A DNA stretch of 64,000 bases from Utricularia gibba (lineage: Eukaryota; Plantae; Magnoliophyta): positions 620,001 to 684,000 of the forward strand of contig NEEC01000016.1 in the NCBI GenBank assembly GCA_002189035.1, written 5' to 3'. Below are positions 48,817 through 62,065 of this stretch, piece by piece (the stretch's first letter is position 1; each line of letters starts with the position of its first letter). The notes under the pieces were generated by a model. That model did no database searches, was not told the origin of the DNA, and saw only the letters and a list, made by a program, of their open reading frames with translations. Made by a program: the position numbers and the translations under genes.

Positions 48817-50140
48817 GGCTACCTAGACACGCCAGCCAGCCAGCCAGCCTCGGAAGGTGAGCGAGCGAGCGAGCCAGAAGAGGAATTTGTGATAAATGAG
48901 TGAATTTCAAAATATGTAAAACAAATTAAAAAATCAAATTCAAGTATTAAGTTATTAATTAATTAAAATGCATGATTATTAAATTATATACAATTATACC
49001 CTAGATTTTTTTTACGAGATATGAAAAGTTATTTTACGTTAGATAATATATGTTAATCTTGATAAATAATAATATTTGATATCATTAATTAATTATATAT
49101 ATATTTTTTTTTTGTTTAATTCTTTATTTATACTGAAACATAAATTCATATATGATGGTACAAAATTAAAAAATAACTCCAAAAAATTAATTCGAAAGAA
49201 CTTTATTTTTTATTGAAGCATGGGTATATTAACTTCTCAAACATTTCATTGCTCTTGCTTCATGTGAAGTAGAAGCAAAACATGTCTTATCTAAGAATCA
49301 CTTCTATAAATGATTTTATTGAAGTTAGAGTTCCACCAAACAGATTCTAAACCTCAATTTCATTGAGCATATGAAAAAGATTTAGAAAGGTGTGATGATG
49401 AATATAATTAGGATTTATGAACATACTAATCCTAAACACAAAAAATTAGCATTGTTCCTAACACATGGGCAGACCCGACCCGACCCGACACGGAATTCTA
49501 ACCCGGTAGTTTCTCGATTGCGTCAGTTACCCAATAAAGTAGGACACACCTCGATTTCAGGAAAGAGTTGGACCACACGGGGATGGGATGCAGCATCAAC
49601 TAGGGTTTATAACGTTAGGCCCACTCTAGGAATCTCGACTAGTTGTCGATGTCTCGTACCCTAATTCAATAATAATAATAATAATATTGAAAAGAATTAT
49701 TTTTTCATATATATATATATATTACCAATTAATTATTTTTCTAAATGTTCTTAAAGGGTGATGGAAACCATACTTGGCAAGAATGTGGGCAGAATGGAGT
49801 GAATTTTTCTAGTGAAAAAAAGCTTTAGGTTGAAGTCACTGTGAAACACACTGTTTAGTAACAGTAATTGCATGAATTTGATTATGATAAAGGTAGGGTT
49901 CATGGCGTCGAGGCTGGAACACTTCAGTGTGAGCTTCTTTAACCCTACTTTCTGCTTCTTCTGCTCCTGGGTTCTGGTTCATGAATCATCATACACGCAT
50001 TTTTTGGGTATTGGGTGGGTGGCTGCATCCCCATCTCATTCTTTTTTATGTCTCTGTACAGTAGAGATCAGCATCTGGTTTCATCTCTTTGTTTCTTGAT
50101 GGAATCTGGTTTCATGAGGATATACAAATAGCAGGAGCGA

Positions 50141-50260
50141 GCCGCTGTTTTCTGTTGCAGCATCTTCGGGGTACACGGAGCGGAAGCTGATGATGATGAT
50201 CAGCAGGGTTGGGTCCTGGGGATCTTGATAATGCTGTTCCATCGGCAATCAATGGCTACC
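50141..50260 (+). ncRNA. Diverged MIR172-like hairpin (tandem paralogue)
   Basis: 3' arm GGGATCTTGATAATGCTGTTC (50219-50239) followed by CATCGGCAATCAATGGCTAC (cf. CATCGGCAATCAACGGCTAC in the first copy); 5' arm GCAGCATCTTCGGGGTACACG (50157-50177) preceded by TGTTTTCTG as in the first copy. Confidence 0.85.
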
Positions 50261-50773
50261 AGCATAACACGTGTTCTCATGGTCTCCTGTCGTGTCCGAA
50301 CTGTAGGGCAAGCAGGAAGGCTGACAGAATGAATGAGCATTTTCTTCATATTCTGTAGTTTTCCCAACACGACACCTCTTCTTTGTGAGGGTTTTCCTGG
50401 AACCCCATTTTTCCACTCATGAAGCACGTAAAGTTTTCTGAACACTGCAGTCTCATGTTTCTGAAACTTGCTATGAGGAAGAACGGGAGGAAATAGCATG
50501 AAAAAGAGAAAGTACAGTTCGATTGAAACACTGGTATCGTAACACACAGGGGCTAACGCTTGATGAAGATCCTGACCTTCTGTTTCCAAAACCAACTGAA
50601 CTGATACAAACGAGACGCACATTTTGGTATTGGCAAAGATGTTGTCTGATCTCGGCTCCGTGCTTCCATTGAAGAATCTTCAAAAGCATCATCATGGCAT
50701 CTGTTGGTGCCTCTATGTGCTCCAGGGGCAATTCTTCAATAACCCATACAAAAATAAAAGGAATGAGCCAACG

Positions 50774-51330
50774 CTACACAGAGGAGCTGCCGGCAAACTC
50801 AGTCGCGGCCGCGATTTTCGGCTTGGGCTTCCATACTACCATTGCCTGTACCATTCCGGCGACGGAAGCTGCGTTTTGAAGGGCACCTTGGGTCACCTTC
50901 CCTGGGTCGATGACTCCGGCTTCCACCAAGTTCCCATTCCCTGATTTCACCTTCTCCACGACCACCTCGCCTTCTACACCCGCCTTCTGAGGTATGGCTA
51001 TCAAAGCCCGGAAATGAAGCGTATCTTGAAGCATAAAATGAAGTTACCCTGGCTTTCAAAAGGTAACATCAAAACAAAAAAAAAAAAAAAACCCAGAAAA
51101 CTTGCGAAAAGGCATTTTTCAGCATACCTTCAGCCTGAAACTCTTCCCTTTTGGATACTATCAGTCCCAAGCCGCGCATCAGAACCTTCAAGTTTCTTTT
51201 TTATTGCAGAGACAAACGCTGAGAGGCGCACCAGGCAGCCCCGCCGCCAGGAACAGCGCCTTCCCCGATAGCAGCAAAAGTTGCATTTTTGTCATCCTTC
51301 ATGGCGAAGCTTGCGATCCTCTACCTCGGT
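50774..51330 (-). pseudogene. CPN60A: Chaperonin-60 alpha 3' gene fragment
   Basis: EVEDRKLR/.DDKNATFAAIGEGAVPGGGAA/LVRLS..K.KLEGSDARLGTD.IQK, an intron relic, then [52 protein letters not shown]; frameshifts, small deletions, 5' part absent. Confidence 0.9.
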
Positions 51331-51642
51331 TTATACAGTAAGGTGATTGTTGATGGTGATGACTGTATTTTAAAAATTATTATCAATTTGAGTTGAATCT
51401 TTTTTTCATATTAAATTAAATATTTTAATTATATTTAAAAAAAAATTGTGATTACCAATAGACTGAAACTATTTTTTTTCATTTAGTATGAATTCAAATT
51501 AAATAAAATCTAATTAAATTCATGACTATAATAAACTCATGAAGTTTTTAAAACCCTAGCACAGAGTTTATTGTTTATTCAAATAAATAATTATGTGAAA
51601 AAAGTAATAAATAATTACAAATTTTAAGTCATATGCCACAAA

Positions 51643-51795
51643 CAGTAGCCCTAAAAATAATTGTCCTCCTTTTTACCTAAAAAGTAAAAATAATTGTCCT
51701 CCTCAGTAGTCAGTAGCCTAAAAATAATTGTCCTCGTTTTTACCCTAAAAATAATTTCAAATTTTAATTGTCCTCCTTTATAACCTAAAAATAAT
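51643..51795. repeat. Degenerate minisatellite, about 33-40 bp period
   Basis: TAATTGTCCTC at 51658, 51691, 51725 and 51765; CTAAAAATAA recurs four times. Confidence 0.8.
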
Positions 51796-52498
51796 GCAGC
51801 CATATCTTCAGGGGGGTGGGGGGATTTTGTTTGAGGAGATTCTCTGAATCTCTGGCATTTCAGGCGGCGGAATTCGTAAGCCTGTGCAACCGACCCAGCA
51901 AATCATTTTCAGAGTTCCACCATTCGCTACGTTTTTTTGTCTGTGGAGTTGTTTGTATGCGCTTGTCTGGGAATAACTGCACTAGAATCTTGAGAAAGGT
52001 GAGGAAGCGGTGTGGGAAAGTTGTTTTTTGATTTTTGGGGTCGATGCGTTGCTCCCTTCTTTTTATCTTTATTTTTTTTCATAATGTAGTCTGTTCTGTA
52101 GGTGGATTATGATTCTGTTTTGTGGACTTCCTGGTTGGTCCATATCATTTTTTGCTTTACTCTAAGATCGTCTGCTTGTAGTTGGGTGTTTGGTTTATTG
52201 GGAGCATGTTGCAGGTCCAAAGTTGAAGTTTTTCCGTGCTTTATTAGAAGGTTTTGGCTTTGTTTCTGCTGTTTGGGTGTCTTTCGGTGTTTCATGCCGA
52301 TTGGTTTCCTTGCCGACAATAATGAATGTAGATGACTGATTTTACTTACTGAAAGGACGAGTTATTAAGACTTTGGTCTCTCTAGACTTGAATCTGTAGG
52401 TTTTTTGTTTTGATACAAGTGCCAGAAGGTGGGTGATGCAACATATTCTTTGGCCGTTGCTCAAAATTTCGATCAGTTGAGCAGCTTATCTCTTGAAA

Positions 52499-55138
52499 AT
52501 GGGAACCACCCATCGTAGGTTTGTAATGCTTCACATTCTGTAATCCATTTTACCAGGGAAAATGTCATCGGCCGCTTACCTTGTTTCAACTTTTTCTGTG
52601 CTGCAGCGGGGTAATTAAGAAGTCCAGTGGTCGTTTGCGCCTCTTCGTCACAACCATTACGGGAATGGTGTTTGGATACTTTGTCGGGGTTTCATTTCCT
52701 TCTGTTACTTTAAGTAAGGTAATCCACAATCTAACATATACACTTTGGAGATTTTTTATAATTCATTATGATATTTTCCTTCATGTTTTACAGATTATCC
52801 TACCCTCAAGGCTAATGTCATCTTTGGACGTGGCATTCACTGATGAAAATCATGATGTTAGACGTAATTTTCCTAAAAGTCTTGGGACAGGAAGTACTCC
52901 TCCAACACCGAGGGTATTCTCCCTAATCTTTTGATGGCATAAGTCATTTTTTGTTTATCTTCGTATGTGTATCCTTTCAGATTTTCGCTCCTACCAATCC
53001 ACGTGGTGCAGAGTCTTTACCTCCAGGAATTGTTGTCTCAGAATCAGACTTTTATTTAAGAAGATTATGGGGTGAGCCAAGTCGGGTAAGACATGTAGAA
53101 TATGGATTTTGTGAGAGCTGTGCTCTTAGGAATCCATATTCATGGTATCGTTAAGGTGTCTTTCAAATAAAAAGTTCGCCCTTGCATGATTACATATTTT
53201 GGAACGTTCAGGATCTGAGGAATAAGCCCAAGTACCTTGTAACATTTACAGTGGGTGTAGAGCAAAAGAGGAACATTAATATGGCTGTAAAAAAGGTAAC
53301 ATACATCTACAAAAATCTTCATCATGTGGTTTTTGAGTTTTAAATTTTCACGATGTGCATATAATGAGTTTGCATTATGTTCCAGTTTTCGGAGAATTTT
53401 CAGATACTACTGTTCCATTATGATGGGCGCACGAGTGAATGGGATGAGTTTGAGTGGTCAAAGCGTGCCATTCATGTCAGTGTTAGAAAGCAAACAAAAT
53501 GGTAAAACTTCTTGGTGTGGTATTTTTGAATGGATAATGACCACATGGACAACTCTTGGAGGTCTTTTGTAATTTTCATGTGTAGTTGAGAAGGTCAAGT
53601 GTCTTTTAGATGGCTTACTAAACCTTTTCTCTGAAGACAGCTATTCTTTTTTCAACCCCCCTAGGTGGTATGCAAAGAGATTTCTTCATCCAGCTATTGT
53701 AGCAGCGTATGATTACATTTTTATTTGGGATGAAGATCTTGGAGTTGAGCATTTCAATGCTGAGAAGTAATTCTCATCTTTCACTGCACCTATTGTTTTC
53801 AAGATTTTTCCGATCAAGCTGCCATAGATTTGATTCCTCCACTTTTTTGATGCTAGATACATTGAATTAGTCAGGAAACATGGTTTGGAGATATCTCAAC
53901 CAGGACTTGAACCCAACGAAGGGTTGACATGGCAAATGACGAAGAGGCTCGGTGACAGGGAAGTCCACAAGTAAGTTGTGTACTTTAATTTTGCAGAAAA
54001 TTTTTCTTCCCTCTCCCAGAATATGTTGCTTGATAACGGATATCTATGACAGGGAAACAGAGGAGAAGCCAGGATGGTGCAGTAATCCACATTTGCCACC
54101 ATGTGCAGCGTATTTGTTCTCTCCCATCTTAAACACACTCTTTTAATGTAGGCATTTCCTCAAAGTATGAGTGAATCTAGATAGTTTTTACCAGGGAGTG
54201 TTGGTTTGTGACCAATAGCTGTGATTACTCCTAGTTGAGTATTGTCACTAATTTTTCTGGGGAAAGTTCAAATAGAGTCTACATAAGCCAAACATGCATA
54301 GAGAAGTAAACGGAATCATGTCATTTTTATAACCAGTTCCAACAGCTTCAGAGTAGGGATGCTCTTTCACCAACAATTTGTGTAATTCTCTTTTTCCTTT
54401 TTCTGCACAGATTTGTTGAAATCATGGCTCCTGTGTTTTCTCGGGATGCTTGGAGATGTGTTTGGCATATGATTCAGGCAGCTGATGCACCTTGCTCACC
54501 TTCTTTACCTTTTCTATTCTGTTTCTCTGTCTCTTGTGCATTGAATGCTGAATCTCTTCTTTCAACTTTCACATTATCATGACTCTGAGCATATTGTTCT
54601 CTGCAGAATGACTTGGTTCACGGGTGGGGATTGGATTTTGCATTGAGGAGATGCGTAGAGGTCAGTCCATTTTCCCCATCCCATACACAGATCACATCCT
54701 TCTCCGTTTGAACACAATATCAATGAAACTGAAGCATCATATTGATCACAAATACCCAATTCCTCAGCCTGCTCATCAGAAGATAGGCGTAGTCGATTCC
54801 CAGTGGATCATTCACCAAGTAATCCCATCCCTTGGAAACCAGGTTCAAAACCATCATCATGATCTCACTTTGCATTCAAATCCTCATCTGCTATCAGCCT
54901 CGTGCTCCCCCGATGTGTAATTTTTCAGGGCGAGACTCAGAATGGAAGACCTCCATGGGAAGGGGTACGCGCTGGAGCCTTCTCTCTTTGCGCAGCACCA
55001 CCACCACACAGATTATGCAGCTGATTCACTCAATTCCTGCAGGTACGAGACAGGTGCAAACACGAGTGGGGGCTTTTCCAGGATCGTCTTGCCGGTGCAG
55101 ACAAGGCGTACATCTCCCAGCTACGGAGGACGCCTTAG
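52499..55138 (+). CDS. DUF707 family protein (putative type II membrane glycosyltransferase-like), about 13 exons
   Basis: MGTTHRS|..transmembrane..NPRGAESLPPGIVVSESDFYLRRLWGEP..KYLVTFTVG..LFHYDG..WDEFEWS..WYAKRFLHP..YDYIFIWDEDLGVEHF..EISQPGL..FVEIMAPVFSRDAWRCVWHMIQNDLVHGWGLD. Confidence 0.93.
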
Positions 55139-56565
55139 GACCCGCCGGTCCCCTCCATTGTAAATTGCGTCACCCGCGTTTTCCACCATTGCGGTTACCA
55201 TTTCATCCTTTTTCCTTGCGTGGTTTCCCAAAATGGCTCCATAGCTTGGGTCCTATCCTTCGATTTCTCCAAGAATGCACGAGAGCCCGAGGCTACTTTG
55301 CCAACAAAGAATGGCGACGATCCCGAAAATTTACAGAGAGAGAGAGACAACTATTTTTGTGTATTTAATTATGGGATTTAAGTATATTCCAAAATGTAAT
55401 AAAAAAATATTGATTAATTATTTATAAATAGAAAAATACTACGAAAAGATAATTAAATGATGTTTTAATATCAAATCCCAATTTAATCTTTCATAAGTCT
55501 TGTAAAATATGGAATTTTGATGTATTTTAATATCTAATATCATCTATTAAATAAAATTTTAAAAATGAAAATTTTATTACTAAGTGTAGTAGAATTCTTA
55601 ATTATAATTGAATATGTATATACTCAATTGTGGATATTAGTATCTAATTTTAGGTATGTAATTGTGAGTATATAATTGTTGATATTAGTCATTTAATTAT
55701 AATGTAATTTGATATGTATATACTTAATTATATATAACATTTGATATCCAAAAATAAAAATTTGAATATATGAATGAAATCATCATGACATACGTATGTT
55801 AGTTAATCAAATAACATTTTATATATAAATTTAATTATAAATCTTTTATAATATACTATTAAACCTACTGACGTACCAAAACCAATTAAAGACACTCGTT
55901 TTAATTATATGACGAAAAAAAAGAAGAAAATAGAAAATAAAAAATGGTCAAATTTGGGAGTGTGGGGCCTATTTTGACCGAGGCAGTTAATTTAGGTTCC
56001 CCTGGTTAGACCGTCGATCCCGCACTGAACGGCGAAAGCCCGCTCCACTCCACCGACTTGTTGATGGGAAGAAATGGAGAAGTGGGGGCGCTGACTTGCG
56101 TGTTTAGTGCCCTTTTGTCTAAGATTTAGCGGGAGACTTTTTTTTTTCGCTGGATCTAGAAGTCAAAGTAGCTGCGGCCTGGTTGCTCGAATCAGTGTTC
56201 GGTGAAGGATTTTGAGATCCTTCACATAAATGAAGACGAGAGGGCTGTGTGATTAAAAGTCTTGTTTTGTTATTTAACGGGGGAGGACGTTCTGTGGGGC
56301 GGTGAGATCTCGTGATTTGATGATGGCGGAGTTTTGGTGGCTTCAAGAACTGGTGTCTGAAGGCGTTTATGATTCAGAGGTTTTAAAATAAGGTTGGATT
56401 CGTATACTGAGCTGATCTAATTGGTTTTTTGGGGTTTTATGTAAAGATTTTTCATTTTCTGAATCGGCTGGAAGTTATTACAATTTTTGGATTTCTGGTT
56501 GCTTTAGTTGAAATCAGAATTGCTGATGCTGGACTGTTTTTCCCGTGCCGTTTTGCAGTTTCTGG

Positions 56566-59500
56566 ATGCGAATTAGGATGAGAAGGGAGATGCTTCAGAC
56601 GGTGGGGCTGATCCTAATTATATTTTTTTCAGGTGGGTCTTTTATGTTTCATTGGAATTCAATTCGTGGTCATTTCTTATTGTTCACTGCTTTTGTTTCT
56701 ACTGTAAAAGGACCTTACGATTGGTCAGCTTCTTTCCTGTCTCAGCATGAATATCACTTGGATCTTTCTCTTGTTCTGCCTTTTCATATTCTCCGAACGA
56801 TATTATTTTATAACCATTTTGTTATGTGGTAATCATCAATATGCCCAGAGAGCTTCATCCTGCCTTCGCTGTCTCCACATCCCCATCCCCACCCCACCCC
56901 CCCCCCTTACCCCTTTTCAGGATATGTACTTCCATTGTACAGATATATGAAAGTGATAAAGTGATAATGTAAAAGAGTATAGTCTAGGAAAACTAGTGTA
57001 AATCAAGATCAGCTCTCATACATTATCTTTCCCTTTAAACTCTTGGTTCCAGATTCTCAGAAGGTACAGGCATCTGTCGGGGATGACAATTATCAAACCT
57101 GCGAGTATGTTGTCAAAAACTGGGCATCCTCATCAGTTGACCTTGAAGTGAGCAATGACGAGCATGAATTACGTGACTTGCTTTTTTTCCTGCACATACC
57201 TCGCACAGGGGGTCGGACTTACTTACACTGGTATGTCCTTCAGAACCCTGTACGTGAACTTGCCCTTGGTCTAAAGGGCAAGACATTTTTACTTTGGATC
57301 ACTCTATTATTGCTTCACGCCCACTGATGCTCTTTCCAATTTCTCTATGCTCAGCTTCTTGAAAAAACTGTATTTGAACACTCAGGAATGTCCACGGTCT
57401 TATGACAAGTTGAGATTTAATCCAGGGTAACCTTCCATCCCCTTGTTGTTTCTTTAACATTAGATTGAGGGCATTGCTTTTATATTTCGACTGTTATAAT
57501 GTGCATACCATGACACTTAATCATATCCTGAATATAGGTGGAAATCGCTGCCTTTTTCAATATCTTTAAATTTCTCCGCCAAGTAGGACAGTAGCACTTA
57601 TACAAATATTTTAGCTTCATTCTGTTAATTGCGAGAAAACTTGGGATAATAATTTATAATGCTTTGAAATATTTCATCATAGTCATGTCTGCATTGAAAC
57701 TGAGAAAGATGGTCATCATGTTTAAGAGATCACGCTGTCACATAGTCTGACTAGTGCAAGTTATAGTTGCAGTTTTTTTGTTGGCATCATTTCATACATA
57801 GCATGTTATAGAGATGTTCAATCTTTGGGCTGCTTCCTTTTCTCATGCAGAAAACCAAACTGTCGATTGATAAGTACCCATGATGATTATAGTGTGATGT
57901 CTAAGTTTCCAAGGGAGAAAACGTCAGTGGTGACAATCCTAAGAAATCCTTTAGACCGTGTCTTTAGCACTTACGAATTTTCTGTGGAGGTAGCTGCGAG
58001 GTTTTTAATTCATCCTAACTTAACATCTGTGGCAAAAGCAGCCCAAATGGCTCTTCGTCAACGTCGTAAAACATCTACTGTAAGCACATTGGACATCTGG
58101 CCTTGGAAGTATTTGGTTCCATGGATGAGAGAAGATCTATTTGCTCGGGTAAATCATCTTGCCATACAATCTTACCTTTTTTTACGTGGAAATTTGGTAG
58201 TAGCACTAGATTGATGATGATGAACAAAACTTTGTACCCTGTCTAAGATCAATTCACTATATTATGGCAGAGAGATGCCAGAAAGCGCACAGGACTGCGT
58301 CGTTTTGTAACTAATGATTCTTATGACAATGGTAACGTCGTGATGCCTCTGCATGAGTACATACATGATCCTATAGCTCAAGATATTGTTCACAATGGAG
58401 CCACCTTCCAGGTAATTCAGTCAGCTGATTTTCAAGGCACGCACATTTTCAAGTCAAGCAACTTGGAACTAAAGCATAAAACATTTCCGAACATTGTCCA
58501 AGTTCTTGATTCAGTCCTTTTTTCGGAATTTATAATGCATTCTATATATTCTTTTCCACAAAATTTACCAGATTGCTGGTATCACAAACAACTCTTATTC
58601 TGCGGATGCACATGAGGTGCGCCATTGTGTTCTAAAGTATCATGCACTTGGTAAATATGTGCTTGAAGTTGCAAAGGTGTGGTTTCTTTTTTTCAGTATT
58701 TCAGAATACTCATTCCACATCATCAACTAGTCATGGAGTTGCGAAATATTGCAGAAGAGGTTGGATGAAATGCTGTATGTTGGATTAACTGAAAATCACA
58801 AAGAATCAGCCACAGTGTTTGCAAATACCGTTGGTGCACAGGTGATTTCTATGCACATTGAATCAAACTCAACCACAGATGCTGCTAGTCACCCTGATCA
58901 AGGGTCTGAAACAGGTCAGTTCTATTTCCTCAACAGTTTCTTCTTCAATGATCAATGATCTCATGGATACATTTCATATTTATGGTATTAGCTCCATGCA
59001 ATATTAAACACTATGGGTGTAACTTTGCCTGCAGAATTGAAGTCCTCCATTGATAATAATGAAACTGATGCCGATGATCAGGTAATGAGTTGAAGGTTCT
59101 TCATCCCAAGTTGTCTCTGCTGATCTTATTCTTCCTCAAATTCTCTGAACGTTAAAAAACTTGTTTATTCTCAGGGCCAAAGCACCAATGTTACCAACTC
59201 CACTGAAAAGGTTGTTGGAATGAAAAATTGTTAACTGTTTTGTTTCGCAGGTCAAATTTTCCATCATGAATCCATTGAAATCTTCCCCGGATTCTAACAA
59301 CGCATAGATTTGTGATGGGAAATTTTACCTGCAGAACAAGCTGATTCATTTGCAAATGCATCTACTCATGATTTCCTTGTTTTTTCATCAGATGACTGTT
59401 GAGAAACTGATTGAATCATATGAGACTTGTGTACCAGGACTTCGAAAAACACAATCTCAGCGACGAGTGAATTCTCTAAAGCAAATATCACCAGTAAATT

Positions 59501-59954
59501 TCACCAAGGAGGTGCATATCTGTATCACCCCTCTTAACACACTTCCATGCCTTGCCCTGCTGCTTATATTGTTTGACTGTTTTCAGGGCCGTAAGGCGAT
59601 CTCCGGTGAACTCCTCCGTGAGATAGAATCACTCAACAGTCTAGATATACAGCTTTACAAGTATGCACAGAGCATCTTTGCAAAGCACCAAGACACAATG
59701 AGACATGATGTCTTTACAGTGAGTCCAAAGATTTGCAATTTGAAGCACCACTGTTCAGTACCATAAAACTCATCATTCTAATGCATTTACAGGAAGGGAT
59801 TGCAACCTCCCTCAGCGCAAATGTACACTCCCCAGGCCTCTCCGATTCCCTCTCATGGAATTTCTTGTTCGTATCAGTTGGTAGCTTCTCATCGCTTCTC
59901 CTCATCCTTTTCTATGTAAATTCATGGAGGAGAGCATCCAAATTGAAACTGTGA
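56566..59954 (+). CDS. TPST: Tyrosylprotein sulfotransferase
   Basis: LFFLHIPRTGGRTY, CPRSYDKLRF, THDDYS, VTILRNPLDRVFSTYEFSVEVAARFL, STLDIWPWKYLVPWMREDLF, MLYVGLTENHKESA, LNSLDIQLYKYAQ, C-terminal transmembrane helix. Start either 56566 or 56578. Confidence 0.94.
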
Positions 59955-62065
59955 TCTGGGTTTCAATCTATTATGAGGAGGATTCAATCAGAGCAGACAT
60001 GTCTGAGAATGGGGTGACACCATATCACCTCTGCAACATACCCCAAGTATGAACTGAGAGCTTTCTTTCTGGTGGACAGAGATCTGAGCTTGTGGGCTGC
60101 ATCCATTGGTTCTTTTTGTATACTTCTTAAACCAGAAACCCCACATTTAGATTTTCATTTTACATTCTTAAAATGAGAAATTAATAGTTATGTTTAATAC
60201 AACTATTTCTTATTTTTCAGAATAAAAATATAAAATTTTATTAAATAAATAAATTTAATTAAATAATCATATGCTTAAAATTAAATGTAATGGCTCATCT
60301 TCTCTTTGTAAGTTATTTTGATTTCAGGAACAAAGTAATGTAGAATTCGACTAAAATTTCTAAATCCTTTCTTGGGCCAGACTATTTCATTTATTTGGAG
60401 CTATTAGAACGAGATCCAACTCTTACTTATTAAAATCTCAAACAAATTTCACATTGATTACGAATGGGATAGAAGAAAAATTTATATAAAATTTTTTCTC
60501 TAATTTTGAATAAGATATTTTTTTCATAAAGAAAAATATAAAATGATAAGGATTTGATATTTAAAATGAATAATATATTATAAGAATAGAATGATTTGTT
60601 ACATTAAAAATTTGTTTAATACATAAATTTTATATATTTATGTTTAAAATAATAAAATAATAAAATAAATAAATGTTGTACTCTCTTAGGATATAAATAT
60701 ACATATATTAAAAACATATGTTTCAAAATACATGCATTTAAATACTTGAACATTAGCGCTTTCCCAAAATATATATGTATAATATTACTTTTTATTTTGA
60801 GTTTTATTTGGGGCCCACGGGACGTGGTAAACATTTAAACAAAATGGACCCAGAGGGTCCAATCCCACCTTCCAACAAGTGCTGACCACCTTAGATCCCT
60901 TGCACCCGCGCCCACTGAATTACTTTCTCCACAATGTGACATTTTCCTAACTTTTTTTTTCCTTTTTTTGTTTTGAAAATAGCTCAAGTAATTGCGATTT
61001 TCAAGTAACGTCCAAAAATTGCACTGTACGATCCAGACAATGCGATCACATTACAACATGTCTACATTATTACATGTTGAAATTGAAATACCAGAAATGA
61101 AATGAATGGAAAATGCTGAAGAAATGGAGTGAAATTTCTCCGTCCTCCGTGCCATTGCCACCACCCCATATCCCTTTCTCTCCCTTTCCCACGCCGAAGC
61201 CGCCTCCTGCTCAACACACTCAAATGAGTCCGTGAAGGGGGTTTTTTGCTAGAATTTGTGGTAAGGTAACGCCTCGTCATGAACTGTTTCTGTTACGCAT
61301 TTTTCTTCTTCTTCCTTGAGGTGCCGGAGTTAACATTTTTGGCGTTTTTTTTGCCCTGCCCTTGTGTGTGGTATACCCACTCATGCATTTCTGGTTTTCG
61401 GCATCGAGAAGTGGGGTTTTGGAAGATTTCTAGAGTTTGGGGGGTTGTAGAGGGTTGTGCTTTGTTTTCCCTTTTTGCAAACTGGGGTTTGTGTTTTTTG
61501 GTTCCGGCGGCCAAAGGCGGCGTCTTTTTGGCTTCTGCGTGATTTCTAGGGCAGACGTGTGTGGTGGGGAAGGAAGTACGCGAAACGGCGTCGCTTCATC
61601 TGTATTATTAAACACGTGTAGTTGCTCCACTATGCGACAAGATTTGTTTGTATGGACTTGTAACTTTTGACCTCCATTATTTTTACCTCCCTTTTGTGTG
61701 GGTAAATTCTTCTTTTTTTACTTCTGAACATGGGTAATGATTTCTCGCTGTAAAATCTTGATAACAAGAGCTATCATGAGACATTCATTGGTGAATCTAC
61801 GTTTATTCGGCTATATTCTTTGAACATGCTCTACGTTGATGACATTTTCCATAGTCGTTTGCTTGTGAAATGGTAAATTTGTGAACTTTATAGTGTTCAC
61901 TTAACACTGCTCCATACTGAGCGTTTTGCCTTCGTAGTCAAATTATGCTGATTCTTCTTCTTTCTTTATGCTCTCAGTTCTTTGTAGACAAATGGTAATC
62001 AGATTACTTGTTTCTTTATGCTTTCAGTTCAAAAGTAACTGGTTTGAGCCTGAATTTTCAGAACT

